Below, piece by piece: positions 10,336 through 19,756 of a DNA stretch of 64,000 nucleotides (its first letter is position 1; each line of letters opens with the position of its first letter). Both the position numbers and the translations under genes were made by a program. Source of the DNA: Gammaproteobacteria bacterium (GTDB taxonomy: Bacteria; Pseudomonadota; Gammaproteobacteria; Steroidobacterales; Rariloculaceae). The DNA lies in NCBI GenBank assembly GCA_035644475.1, contig DASQOL010000057.1, forward strand, positions 1,042-65,041, in the 5' to 3' direction. The notes under the pieces are model-generated. The model was not told the origin of the DNA. It did not search any database and worked only from the letters and a program-made list of their open reading frames with translations.

Positions 10336-11484
10336 ATGAAATATCTTCCGTTGCTCTGGGCCAGCCTGCGGCGCAAGCGCGTGCGAACCGTGCTGACGTT
10401 CGCGTCGGTGGTGGTCGCGTTTCTGTTGTTCGGCGTGCTCGAGGCCGTGCAATACGCGCTGACGGGCGGCGCCGAGCTCGCGGGGCAGGACCGCCTAGTC
10501 ACGCAGCACAAGATCTCGATCATTCAACCGTTCCCGCTGTCGTACCTCGACCGGATCCGCTCGGTCGACGGCGTCGCGGCCGCGACCTCGCAGACGTGGT
10601 TCGGCGGCGTCTACCAGGACGACCGCAACCAGCTCAACGTGATCGTCACCCATGCGGACTCGTTCGTCGACGTGTACGCGGAATACCTCACCCCACAGCA
10701 GAAGGCCGCTTGGCTCGCCGATCGCACGGGTGCGATCGTCGGGAGCGACATCGCCGAGCGCTGGCATTGGGGAATCGGCGACGTGGTCCCCATGATGTCC
10801 AACATCTATGTGAAGCGCGGCGGCGGCAACACTTGGGACCTCAAGATCTCTGCGATCTATCACGTCGATAGCGGCGACAACTCGTCGGTCTACTTTCACT
10901 ACGACTACCTGAACGAGGACCGGAATTTCGGGCGTGACGAGATCGGCTGGGCGGTGTTCAGGGTGGCCGACACGAGCCGCAGCGAAGACATCGCGCGCCG
11001 CATCGACGCGATGTTCGCGAACTCGTCGGCAGAAACACGCACCACGACGGAGAGCGCGTTCCTACAGGGCTTCGCGAACCAGATGGGCAACATCGCCGCG
11101 ATCGTGACCATCGTCGCGGCCGCCGTGTTCTTCACGATGCTGCTCGTCACCGCGAACGCGATGGCGCAGTCGGTGCGCGAGCGGGTCCGCGACATCGCCG
11201 TGCTGCGGACGCTCGGGTTCTCGAACTCGGCCGTCGTGCTGCTGGTGCTGGCCGAGGGCGTCGTGATCACGGCGCTGGGTGCGGCGCTCGGCCTCTATCT
11301 CGGCAGCGGCGTCACGCGCGGCATCGGCGCGCAGGTCCAGACCTTCCTGCCGTTGATGAGCATTCCGCCGCAGACGTTCGTGACCGGGGGTGCGCTCGCC
11401 CTCGCGCTCGGCGCGCTGTCGTGCGCGCTGCCGTGCACTCAGATCTGGCGTCTGTCGGTGGTCGAGCAGCTGCGTCGAACTTAA
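10336..11484 (+). CDS. ABC transporter permease, FtsX/MacB-type
   Basis: 382 aa. N-terminus LRRKRVRTVLTFASVVVAFLLFG, a large periplasmic domain, then a C-terminal FtsX-like 3-TM block (VRDIAVLRTLGFS). Confidence 0.85.
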   Translation: MKYLPLLWASLRRKRVRTVLTFASVVVAFLLFGVLEAVQYALTGGAELAGQDRLVTQHKISIIQPFPLSYLDRIRSVDGVAAATSQTWFGGVYQDDRNQLNVIVTHADSFVDVYAEYLTPQQKAAWLADRTGAIVGSDIAERWHWGIGDVVPMMSNIYVKRGGGNTWDLKISAIYHVDSGDNSSVYFHYDYLNEDRNFGRDEIGWAVFRVADTSRSEDIARRIDAMFANSSAETRTTTESAFLQGFANQMGNIAAIVTIVAAAVFFTMLLVTANAMAQSVRERVRDIAVLRTLGFSNSAVVLLVLAEGVVITALGAALGLYLGSGVTRGIGAQVQTFLPLMSIPPQTFVTGGALALALGALSCALPCTQIWRLSVVEQLRRT

Positions 11485-11496
11485 GGACCGCTCGCA

Positions 11497-12684
11497 ATGA
11501 ATCCGTTGAAGCAAGCCGCGGTGGTCACCGCGATGAATCTCCGCAGCCTGCGCCAGCGCAGGGGCACGTCGCTGGTCGCGATCGTTGGCATCGCGGGAGT
11601 CGTCGCCGTGCTGATCGGCATTTTCTCGATCAGCGCCGGATTCAACGCGGTGCTCGATCTCTCGGGCGCCGACGACGTTGCGATCGTGCTGCGCGGCGGC
11701 ACGAGCAGTGAGATGACGAGCGGTCTCTCCCAAGAGCAGACGCGGGTCATCGGCGACGCGCCGGGCGTTCTGCACGACTCGGGCGCGCCCGTCGCCTCCG
11801 CCGAGCTCTATGTGTTGGTCGACGTGCCGCTGAAGGGCACGGGGACGCCGGCCAACGTGCCGTTGCGCGGCGTCGGCACGCACGCGTCGAGCCTGCGCAA
11901 GGGGTTCACGATCGTCTCGGGCCGTGCGTTCCGGCCGGGTACGAACGAGGTCGTCGTTGGCCGCGGCGCTGCGCAGCAGAACGAGGGGCTAGAGGTCGGC
12001 AAGGTGCTGCGCAACGGCCAGCTCGAGTGGAACATCGTCGGCATTTTCGGCGACAGCGGCAGCATCGCGGAGTCCGAGATCTGGAGCGACGCGATCGTGC
12101 TCCAGGGCGCCTACAACCGGGGCACGTCGTATCAGTCCACGCGCGTGCGGCTCGAGAGCGCGGGCGCGTTCCGCGGGTTCAAGGACGCGCTCACGAGCGA
12201 TCCGCGGCTCAACGTCGGCGTCTTCACCGAGCGGCAGTACTACGCGGAGCAATCGCGGACGCTCGTGACGCTCGTGACCGTGGTCGGTCAGACGATCGCG
12301 GTGCTGATGGGGCTCGCGGCCGTGTTCGGCGCGCTCAACACGATGTACTCGGCGGTGTCCGCGCGCACGCGCGAGATCGCGACACTGCGTGCGATCGGCT
12401 TCGGCGCGGTGCCCGTCGTCACCTCGGTGCTGGTGGAGGCGTTGCTGCTCGGTATGATCGGTGGAGTTGCGGGCGCGCTGATCGCGTACTTCGGCTTCAA
12501 CGGCATTCGCGCGTCCACGATGAACCTTTCGTCGTTTAGTCAGATCACCTTCGCGTTCACGGTTACGCCCGCGCTGCTGGTGCAGAGCATGAGCTACGCC
12601 CTCGTGCTCGGTTTCTTCGGCGGGCTGATGCCGAGCGTGCGCGCGGCGCGCCAGCCGATCACGACCGGACTGCGCGACTCGTAG
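11497..12684 (+). CDS. ABC transporter permease, FtsX/MacB-type (paralogue of the upstream gene)
   Basis: 395 aa with the same architecture (LRQRRGTSLVAIVGIAGVVAVL ... TREIATLRAIGF). Confidence 0.85.
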   Translation: MNPLKQAAVVTAMNLRSLRQRRGTSLVAIVGIAGVVAVLIGIFSISAGFNAVLDLSGADDVAIVLRGGTSSEMTSGLSQEQTRVIGDAPGVLHDSGAPVASAELYVLVDVPLKGTGTPANVPLRGVGTHASSLRKGFTIVSGRAFRPGTNEVVVGRGAAQQNEGLEVGKVLRNGQLEWNIVGIFGDSGSIAESEIWSDAIVLQGAYNRGTSYQSTRVRLESAGAFRGFKDALTSDPRLNVGVFTERQYYAEQSRTLVTLVTVVGQTIAVLMGLAAVFGALNTMYSAVSARTREIATLRAIGFGAVPVVTSVLVEALLLGMIGGVAGALIAYFGFNGIRASTMNLSSFSQITFAFTVTPALLVQSMSYALVLGFFGGLMPSVRAARQPITTGLRDS

Positions 12685-12697
12685 GGCGGGCCAGTCG

Positions 12698-13639
12698 ATG
12701 CGTAGCGCCATCGGTCCGATCACGTGTGCGCTCGCCGCCGCGCTCGTCGTCGCGGCCATCCCGCGGGCCAACGCGCAGCTGCGTGTGTTCGGCAACACCA
12801 CCACGATCGAGCTCGCGCCGGTGCTCGTCGCGGCGAAGGAGCTCGGCCCGGCCGCGGTGACCGTCGCGAACGGCGGCATTCCCGACCTCTACGACGACAG
12901 CGCGGCCGACGTCGCCACCAACGCGGAGACGCAGGCGCTGCGCCAGTCCGTGGACCACCCGGACCTGCGGATCATTCTCACGGTCTCGGAAGGCTTCTAC
13001 CGGATCGTGGCCCGCCGCTCGGCGGGCGTCGCGCAGCTCGCCGACTTGCGCGGCAAGCGGATCGCCACCGTGACGACCACGTCGTCGGGGTACTACCTGC
13101 ACAAGGTGCTCGGCACCGTGGATCTCTCGATCGACGACGTTACGGTGGTGCCGGTGACGCCGCTCTCGGGCATGCCACGCGCCCTCGCCGATCGCGAGGT
13201 CGACGCCGTCACGATCTGGGAGCCCGAGATCCAGAACGCGCAGGACCTGATCGGCGCGGACGCGATCGAATTTCAGGACCGGCGCGTGTATCGCGAGCTG
13301 TTCAATCTCAACACCACGGCAGCGGCGCTCGCCGATCCGGCGAAGCGCGCGCGTATCGTGGCGTTCGTGCGCGCTTTGATCCGGGCGTCGAAGGCGATTG
13401 CAGAGCGGCCGCAAGAAGCTTGGCCGCTCGTCGCCGCGAGCACGGGTTTCGACGCCAAGCTGATCGAGCGCGTCTGGCATCACGAAGGCTATCCGGGCGC
13501 GCTCGTGCCCGACCTGCTCGACGTGATGGTGGAAGAGGACGCATACGTCGCGCGCGAGCGCAACCGTGCACCGCGTCCGCGCGCCGAGCTCGCCAAGCTC
13601 ATCGACGGCAGCGTGCTGCGCGAAGCGCTGCGCAACTGA
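12698..13639 (+). CDS. Periplasmic substrate-binding protein, NMT1/SsuA-like
   Basis: 313 aa with a signal peptide (AAIPRANA). The pattern LADLRGKRIA...GYYLHKVL...VDAVTIWEPE is typical of sulfonate/nitrate/taurine-type binding proteins. Confidence 0.7.
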   Translation: MRSAIGPITCALAAALVVAAIPRANAQLRVFGNTTTIELAPVLVAAKELGPAAVTVANGGIPDLYDDSAADVATNAETQALRQSVDHPDLRIILTVSEGFYRIVARRSAGVAQLADLRGKRIATVTTTSSGYYLHKVLGTVDLSIDDVTVVPVTPLSGMPRALADREVDAVTIWEPEIQNAQDLIGADAIEFQDRRVYRELFNLNTTAAALADPAKRARIVAFVRALIRASKAIAERPQEAWPLVAASTGFDAKLIERVWHHEGYPGALVPDLLDVMVEEDAYVARERNRAPRPRAELAKLIDGSVLREALRN

Positions 13640-13698
13640 GTCGGTGTTAGGCGCCGGCGGCGTCCGACACCAGTGTCCGGCGCCAAGGGCGTTCCCTC

Positions 13699-13726
13699 AA
13701 AAAAAAGGCCCCGCTTGCGCGGGGCC
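13699..13726 (-). terminator. Rho-independent terminator for the DUF4382 gene
   Basis: GGCCCCGC-TTGC-GCGGGGCC hairpin (13707-13726), followed on the minus strand by an 8-nt U run (A run at 13699-13706). It lies about 30 nt past the stop at 13757. Confidence 0.7.
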
Positions 13727-13756
13727 GAGGCTCACTTGGGATAAGTGAGGCTGCAC

Positions 13757-14695
13757 TCAGAAATTGGCGATGGCTTCCGCATCGGCGGTGACCGCTTTGT
13801 TGACCGCGCCGATGAACTTGATCTCGTCCGCCGTGCCGGTCTCGTCGACCTCGGGATCGTCGTTGGCGGCTTGGCAGGTGAACGCGACGGTGTAGTCGCC
13901 CGGTGCGAGCACCACGCGAAAGGCGTAGTCGCCGTTCGCGGCCTGCGTGGCCGGCGCCATGGCGACGGGGTCAGGTGCCTTGCCGTCGACGTCGTCGGGC
14001 ACGACGTTGGCACCCGCGTACACGTAGACGACGTTGCCGACGTCAAGGTCGGCGGCGTCCTTCGCGCAGCCGTTAGGGTCGCCGGTGGCGACGATCGTCG
14101 TGAGCGCCACGGTTCCCCGCAACGCGCCGAGCTCGGTCACGTCGAGCATGCGAAACGCCGGCTTGAGCAGGAACCCGGGCTGACCGGGTGGATCCACGAG
14201 CCCCTTGCGCAGGTCCCAGTCGAACAGCAGCTTCACCGCCTGATTCGGCCCGACCTCGAAGCCGTCGACGAGCCGCACGCGGCCGCTCGGCACGCGGATT
14301 TCCTCTTGCCCGCCGCTCGCGGTCATCACCGACGAGTCGAAGACGCCGTCGAAGTCGGCGTTCACGTCCATCGACAGCCACTCGTACTTGCCCGGAGCGA
14401 TCACCGCGCCGTCGATGAGGATGGCGGCGTTCTTGTCGGTGAGCCCGAGGAGATTGACCTTGATCGGCGAGTGCGTGAGCGGCAGCTCCGTCGCCGGGCC
14501 GTTCGGCCCTTTGATCGAGATCGACTTGATCTCGAGGTTCACTGCGGTCACGCCGTCGACCGGGGCGTCCATGAGCGACACGCTGAGGTGGGCGTTTTGC
14601 GTGGGCTCGCCGCCGCCGCCACCACCGGAGCAGGCAGCCAAGGCCGATGCCGCAGCGAGCAACACAAGTATCGAAGCGCGGTGCGCGAATTCCAT
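13757..14695 (-). CDS. DUF4382-like lipoprotein
   Basis: An internal ATG at 14695 with GGAAGGA upstream. Lipobox LAAC followed by a Gly run. LSVSLMDAPVDGVTAVNLEI..I is characteristic of DUF4382. Confidence 0.75.
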   Translation of the reverse strand: MEFAHRASILVLLAAASALAACSGGGGGGEPTQNAHLSVSLMDAPVDGVTAVNLEIKSISIKGPNGPATELPLTHSPIKVNLLGLTDKNAAILIDGAVIAPGKYEWLSMDVNADFDGVFDSSVMTASGGQEEIRVPSGRVRLVDGFEVGPNQAVKLLFDWDLRKGLVDPPGQPGFLLKPAFRMLDVTELGALRGTVALTTIVATGDPNGCAKDAADLDVGNVVYVYAGANVVPDDVDGKAPDPVAMAPATQAANGDYAFRVVLAPGDYTVAFTCQAANDDPEVDETGTADEIKFIGAVNKAVTADAEAIANF

Positions 14696-14866
14696 GTTCA
14701 ATTCCTTCCTTTCGACGGCCGCCACGCGGCGGGCGCTCCTGAAGTGGAACACGGCTCGGACGGCCTTCGGTTCCATGGAATTGACATAAAGTAGGGGGGG
14801 TGCAACCGAGCCGCCGTTCATTCGTGTAATAAGTGGTGAGGGTCACGAGCGCCGGGAACGACGAGA

Positions 14867-15433
14867 GTGCAGTCAAACGCGCCGGCTTCGGCGGTGGAGC
14901 GGTTCGCGGCGTTGGTCGAGCCGCACTACGAGGTTTTGTACCGTGCTGCGTATCGGTTGACGCGGTCGACCCACGACGCGGAAGACCTCGCGCAGGAGGT
15001 CTGCGTGCGCGCCTATCCGCGGCTGGCCGAGCTCGAGACGCTCGAGCAGCCGCGCGCGTGGCTGCTGCGGGTGATGTACCGGCTGTTCGTCGATTGGACC
15101 CGGCGCTACGAGCGAACTCACGTCGAGTCGATGGAGACCGTCGACTTGTCGGCGCTAGAGAGCGACGAGGCGGGACCGGCCGAGCTCGCGGAGCTGCTGC
15201 TCGACGGCCGCCACCTCGACAGCGCGTGGCGCAAGCTCGACAGCGAGCAGCGGGGTCTGCTCGCGCTACATGACGTCGAGGGGTATACGCTCGCGGAGCT
15301 CGGAGGGATCACGGGTCTGAAGGAAGGTACACTCAAGTCCCGCTTGCACCGCGCCCGCGTGCGTCTCGGCAAGTTGTTGCGGCGGGAGCAGGAAGAAAGC
15401 GCGGCGCGCAAGCGTGCAGGAGCGCAAGGATGA
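14867..15433 (+). CDS. ECF-type RNA polymerase sigma-70 factor
   Basis: 188 aa with a GTG start. Region 2 (DAEDLAQEVCVRAY, WLLRVMYRLFVDW) and region 4 (LHDVEGYTLAELGGITGLKEGTLKSRLHRARVRL). Confidence 0.9.
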   Translation: MQSNAPASAVERFAALVEPHYEVLYRAAYRLTRSTHDAEDLAQEVCVRAYPRLAELETLEQPRAWLLRVMYRLFVDWTRRYERTHVESMETVDLSALESDEAGPAELAELLLDGRHLDSAWRKLDSEQRGLLALHDVEGYTLAELGGITGLKEGTLKSRLHRARVRLGKLLRREQEESAARKRAGAQG

Positions 15434-16137
15434 AGTGCGAAGACGTGTTGAGCGTGCTCCAGCGAGAGGACGCCGCACCGGATCTCCCGAAGCGGGCCGC
15501 GGCCGAGCATCTCGCGCGCTGCGAGGATTGCCGCAACGCGGCCCACGCGTTCGCGGTGCTGCGCGCGGACCGCGACCTGGCGATTGAGTTGCCCGGCGAC
15601 CACGTGTTCCGGCGCGCGATCGCAGCCGCGGCCGCCGGCCGCGTTCCGTCGCGGCAAGGCTTCTGGCTGGGCGTCGGCGTCGGCGCGGCGTTGGCCGCCG
15701 GCCTCGCGCTCGCGATCCTGGCGTTCAGTCCGGTGGAGATGGTTGCCCCGCCGTCGGCCGCGCCGCAGATCGTGCTGAACGTCAACGAGCAGCGCGACGT
15801 GAGCGTCGCGCTGAGCTCGCCGGAGCCGCTCGCGGACGCGGAGATCCGGATCGCGCTGCGCGGCGAGATCGCGTTGCGCGGTTTCGACGACCAGCGCGAG
15901 CTTACTTGGCGCACGGATCTCGACCGCGGCGTGAATCAGCTCACGCTGCCGCTGATCGGGCTGCGCGCCGGCAGCGGTCAGGTGCTCGTGGAAGTGCAGC
16001 ACGGCGACAAGCGCCGCTCGTTCGTCGTCGACGTGTTGACCACGGCTGCAGGTCCGGCCGCGGCCGTCTTGTCCCCTTGCGGCGCGCAGAGCGCCGTTGG
16101 CGACGGGAACGCGAGTGCCGCTCGTTCGTGTGTATAG
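15430..16137 (+). CDS. Anti-sigma factor (zf-HC2) with one TM and a periplasmic domain
   Basis: ATGA overlap with the sigma gene. H-x3-C-x2-C motif (HLARCEDC). TM segment WLGVGVGAALAAGLALAILAF. Confidence 0.75.
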   Translation: MKCEDVLSVLQREDAAPDLPKRAAAEHLARCEDCRNAAHAFAVLRADRDLAIELPGDHVFRRAIAAAAAGRVPSRQGFWLGVGVGAALAAGLALAILAFSPVEMVAPPSAAPQIVLNVNEQRDVSVALSSPEPLADAEIRIALRGEIALRGFDDQRELTWRTDLDRGVNQLTLPLIGLRAGSGQVLVEVQHGDKRRSFVVDVLTTAAGPAAAVLSPCGAQSAVGDGNASAARSCV

Positions 16138-16159
16138 CGAGAGACTGCGGAGCACTCCG

Positions 16160-16636
16160 ATGTTTTCGAAAGGCGTGACATTGACGGTCCTTGCAGCGGC
16201 GGCGCTGGTCGCCGACGCGAGCCATGCGCAGACTGCGCCCGCGGACACGTTGGATCTCACCATGGTGCTCTTGCCGGAGCATGCCACGGGCCCGCAGGAC
16301 ATCACTCGACGAATCGACCTGCCGCCGGCACGCGGTAAGGAGAGCGCCGAGAATCGAGGCAAGTCCGAGGATCACGGTAAGCCCGAGGACCGCGGACCTC
16401 CGGAAGGCGCCGGGCCGCCCGAAGGCGCGGGCGAGGGTCGTGAAACGGCGGAGCAGGCGCGGGAGCGGGGGCGCGAATTCGGACAGCAAGTCTCCGAGCA
16501 ATCCCGAGAGAATCGCGAGCAGGCCGAGCACGGCAAGCCGCCCGAGCCGCCGGGACGGCCGGACTCGCCCGGCAACTCCAATCCGCCCGGTTCGCCAGGT
16601 AACCCCAACCCCCCCGGCCAGCCCCCGCGCCCCTGA
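16160..16636 (+). CDS. Secreted low-complexity protein (Glu/Gly/Pro-rich)
   Basis: The internal ATG at 16160 gives the signal peptide MFSKGVTLTVLAAAALVADASHA. Short repeats follow: GKSEDHGKPEDRGPPEGAGPPEGAG and PGNSNPPGSPGNPNPPGQP. Confidence 0.55.
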   Translation: MFSKGVTLTVLAAAALVADASHAQTAPADTLDLTMVLLPEHATGPQDITRRIDLPPARGKESAENRGKSEDHGKPEDRGPPEGAGPPEGAGEGRETAEQARERGREFGQQVSEQSRENREQAEHGKPPEPPGRPDSPGNSNPPGSPGNPNPPGQPPRP

Positions 16637-16703
16637 CGTAGGCGAATACGCCGCGGCTACACTACCGCGATCGCGCTCGGGCGCGAATGGAACGCGGTAG
16701 TCG

Positions 16704-17957
16704 ATGTTTTCGTGTTTCTTGCGTGTGGCGGCGCTGCTCGCCGTTTCGCTGCCGTTCGCCGTCTCTGCGGCCGATTCCGCCCCGTTGTTCGCGCAGGCGT
16801 CCGCGGCGTTCGCTCGCGGCGACTACGCGAGCGCGCTCGAGTTGTTCGAGGCGGCGCGCGCGGGCGGCGCCGATGGACCCGCGGTTCCGTACAACATCGG
16901 GGTCTGCGAATTCAAGCTCGGCCGGTACGCCGATGCAGAGCGGGAGTTCGCGTCGCTCGCCGCCCGCTTTCCGAGCATGGCCGGCATTGCCACTTACAAC
17001 CGCGGCCTCGCACTGCTCGAGCTCGATCGCAGGGACGATGCGCGCACCGCGTTCTCGACGGCGCGTACGAGCGGCGACGACAAGATCTCCGCTCTCGCGG
17101 CCGCGCGGCTCGCCGAGCTCGGCGAGGCGCCGTCGATCGCGCCTGCGGGTGCGTCGTGGACCGGGCTCTTCGACGGGTCGATCGGCCACGACGACAACGT
17201 CGCTCTCGTCGACGAAGTCACGCTGCCCGCCGGCCGCTCCGGCGACAGCTCGTTCATGGAAGTTCTCGCGTTCGCGACGCGTTCCGCCGGGGCGGCCGTG
17301 CCGCTGCGCGTCGACTTGAGTGCATACGCGGTGCGTTATCCCGACGCAGGCGAGTTCGATCAAACGTCGCTCGCCGTCGGCGCGGCGTTCGAGCGGCGCA
17401 GCGGCCCCTGGCGGCTCGAGATCGGCCCGCACTACGACCGCAGCACGCTCGGCGGCGCCGACTTCGAAGCCGAGCTCGGCTTCGGCGCCCGCGCGCAGCG
17501 CTCGGTGGGCGAGCGCGCGCGGCTTTCGGTCGCGCTCGCGTTCGACGACGTGAGCGGGCTCGACTCGCAGTTCGACTTCCTCGAAGGCACGCAGTGGCGG
17601 CTCGGCGTGTCGTGGTTGCCGCGTGCCGGAGGGTTTCGCGCGTCATACGACATCGAGCGTAATGATCGCGCGACGGCCGGTGCGAGCCCCGACAGGCAAC
17701 GCGCGGCCGTCGGCTATCGCTGGCGCCTTCGCGGCGACTGGCGGCTCGACGGCGTCGTGAGCTACCGCGTGAGCAGCTACGACTTCGCCGCGGGAAGCCG
17801 CGAGCGGCTCGAGGAATTGCGCGTAGGCGCGAGCCGCGAGCTCGCGCGCGGTTGGCGGTTTGCCGCCGACTACCGCCGGTCCGACAACGATGCGGACATC
17901 CCTGCGTACTCGTACACGGGCAACCGCGTCGCCGCGACGATCGGCAAGACGTTCTAG
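16704..17957 (+). CDS. Outer-membrane protein with an N-terminal TPR and a C-terminal beta-barrel (DUF560/Slam-like architecture)
   Basis: 417 aa with a signal peptide. TPR-like AFARGDYASALELFEAA and YNIGVCEFKLGRYADAEREF. The C-terminal half shows an alternating pattern and ends IGKTF, with the terminal aromatic residue typical of OMPs. Confidence 0.7.
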   Translation: MFSCFLRVAALLAVSLPFAVSAADSAPLFAQASAAFARGDYASALELFEAARAGGADGPAVPYNIGVCEFKLGRYADAEREFASLAARFPSMAGIATYNRGLALLELDRRDDARTAFSTARTSGDDKISALAAARLAELGEAPSIAPAGASWTGLFDGSIGHDDNVALVDEVTLPAGRSGDSSFMEVLAFATRSAGAAVPLRVDLSAYAVRYPDAGEFDQTSLAVGAAFERRSGPWRLEIGPHYDRSTLGGADFEAELGFGARAQRSVGERARLSVALAFDDVSGLDSQFDFLEGTQWRLGVSWLPRAGGFRASYDIERNDRATAGASPDRQRAAVGYRWRLRGDWRLDGVVSYRVSSYDFAAGSRERLEELRVGASRELARGWRFAADYRRSDNDADIPAYSYTGNRVAATIGKTF

Positions 17958-17960
17958 CGT

Positions 17961-18030
17961 CGCGGATTGGTGTCCGCGGATTGGTGTCAGACACCGCCGG
18001 TGTCTGACACCGCTGGTGCCAGGCACCAGC
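17961..18030. repeat. Cluster of hairpins and short repeats between convergent genes (family C, GGTGTCWGACACC)
   Basis: Tandem CGCGGATTGGTGTC x2 (17961-17988). GGTGTCAGACACC-GCC-GGTGTCTGACACC (17983-18011). GCTGGTGCC-A-GGCACCAGC (18012-18030). Confidence 0.75.
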
Positions 18031-18047
18031 GTGGCACCAACGTCAGC

Positions 18048-19598
18048 TCACTTCGGCGCGGCGCACTCGAAGTTGGCGGCGTCGTTCGTGTCGCCCTTGC
18101 CCTTGTAGCGCGCGACTTGCGGATGTGGACAGAGTGGCCGCGTCGTCACGACCTTACCGTCGCGCACGCTGCGCGCGGTGACGCTTGCGGGCGCCTGGCC
18201 TTTCTCCACCCAGCCCGAGATCACGCTCATCCAGTCGGCCTGGTCCGGGCCGTTGCCGCCGCGGCAGTGGCCCATTCCCGGCACCATGTAGAGGCGCGAG
18301 TACTCGCTCGTGTACGCGACGCCGTCGCCGCCGTGCGCCTTCGCCGCGAAGTCGATCATCTCCTGATAGAAGTCGACGGTGCGCTGCGGCATCACGCCGG
18401 GATCGCTCCAGCCGTGATAGATCACGATCTTGCCGCCGTGCGACTTGAAGTCGCGCAGATCCGGGTCGACGGCGTTCAACACGCCGTAGAGCTTCGCGTC
18501 GACGAGCGCGACGTCCTTGTCGAAGTCGAACGTCTTCCAGTCCCACTGCGGGTTGCGGAACCCCATACCGCCGATCACCGCGTTGTCGATCGCGAACGGC
18601 TCCTTGCCGTTCATGATCATCGCCCAGCCCGGGTTGCCGGGTTGCGGGATCTCACCGCCGGGCTCGAGGCCCGGATAGATCTGCACGCCGGTGCGCGGAT
18701 TCTTCGCGCCCGCGTAGATCATCTCGACGGCCTGCACCTGCGCGGGCGAGAGGCACGACTGCGTCTGGCTGCCGTTGCACGCGAGGGTTTTCGGCTGGAA
18801 GTGGCAGGTGCGCGGATCCGTGAGCACCCCGTCTTTGACTCCGTCCGCGGCGTCGCACTGCTCGACGACCGCTTTGTTGACGAGCGTCAGGTCGTCGCGC
18901 GACAGCACGGCGCCCGGCGTCTTCAGCGTGGCGTGCGCCGTCCAGAGCTGGCCCATGTGCAGGCGCGTAAACGTGTTCACCGGCGCGCCCGAGATGATGC
19001 CGTTGTAGTCGTCCGGGAAGCGCTGCGCTTCCATGAGCCCTTGCCGTCCGCCGGTGGAGCAGCCGTTGAAGTACGAAAAGGTCGGAGCTTTGCCGTAGAA
19101 CGAGTCCATCACGGACTTCGCCTTCACGGTCATCTCGTGAATCGCGCGATAGCCGTAGTCGATGACGCGCTGCCGGTCGTCGAGCCACTTGCTGTCGGTG
19201 GACTCGTGACCCGTGTCGGTCGATGCCGACGCGTAGCCCGCGTTGACGGCCTCGGCGAGCGCCGGGTAGCTGATGATGCCGGCGAGGCCGCCGCCGCCGA
19301 CCGCTTGGAACTTGCCGTTCCACGCCGCGGTCTCGGGCAGCCAGACCTCGAATTTGATCGCCGGGGAGACCACGCCCGCGACGCGGCAGATCGCCGGAAT
19401 CTTGAGCGGCTGCGGCGCCCGCGCGCCCGGCGCGCCCGAGCCCTGCGGCGTGAAGCTGCTGATGCTCTCGGCGAGCGTGATCTTGGTATCCGGCAGGCTG
19501 AGCTTCGCGAGATCCGCGCAGCCCGCGGCGGAAGCGTTGCCGGCGGCCGCGAGCGTGCCGGCGACCGCGACGGCGAGCGAAATCGTGGTTCGTTTCAT
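18048..19598 (-). CDS. Tannase/feruloyl esterase family alpha/beta hydrolase, secreted
   Basis: 516 aa with a signal peptide. Family-typical motifs WNGKFQAVGGGG, STDTGH, FNGCSTGGRQG and DDYNGIISGAP. Confidence 0.85.
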   Translation of the reverse strand: MKRTTISLAVAVAGTLAAAGNASAAGCADLAKLSLPDTKITLAESISSFTPQGSGAPGARAPQPLKIPAICRVAGVVSPAIKFEVWLPETAAWNGKFQAVGGGGLAGIISYPALAEAVNAGYASASTDTGHESTDSKWLDDRQRVIDYGYRAIHEMTVKAKSVMDSFYGKAPTFSYFNGCSTGGRQGLMEAQRFPDDYNGIISGAPVNTFTRLHMGQLWTAHATLKTPGAVLSRDDLTLVNKAVVEQCDAADGVKDGVLTDPRTCHFQPKTLACNGSQTQSCLSPAQVQAVEMIYAGAKNPRTGVQIYPGLEPGGEIPQPGNPGWAMIMNGKEPFAIDNAVIGGMGFRNPQWDWKTFDFDKDVALVDAKLYGVLNAVDPDLRDFKSHGGKIVIYHGWSDPGVMPQRTVDFYQEMIDFAAKAHGGDGVAYTSEYSRLYMVPGMGHCRGGNGPDQADWMSVISGWVEKGQAPASVTARSVRDGKVVTTRPLCPHPQVARYKGKGDTNDAANFECAAPK

Positions 19599-19756
19599 GT
19601 TCTTCCCCCCAAGGTCGAGATCTGCATCTTAGGCCGAGAGCTCGAGTCGGCCAATGGCTTCCCAACCGAGCCCCATTTGCGCCATCGTAGCCCGCGACCT
19701 CGGCTTTCGAACGCTTGGGCGGACGGCGCCCCGAGGTTTCTTCAGGGAGAGAACCG

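Noticed and set aside
14801-14828. A possible ECF autoregulatory promoter, TGCAAC-N16-CGTGTA, upstream of the first ECF sigma gene.
   Set aside because: It rests on a single weak match to a loose consensus. I could not distinguish it from chance in GC-rich DNA, so it is not listed as a feature.
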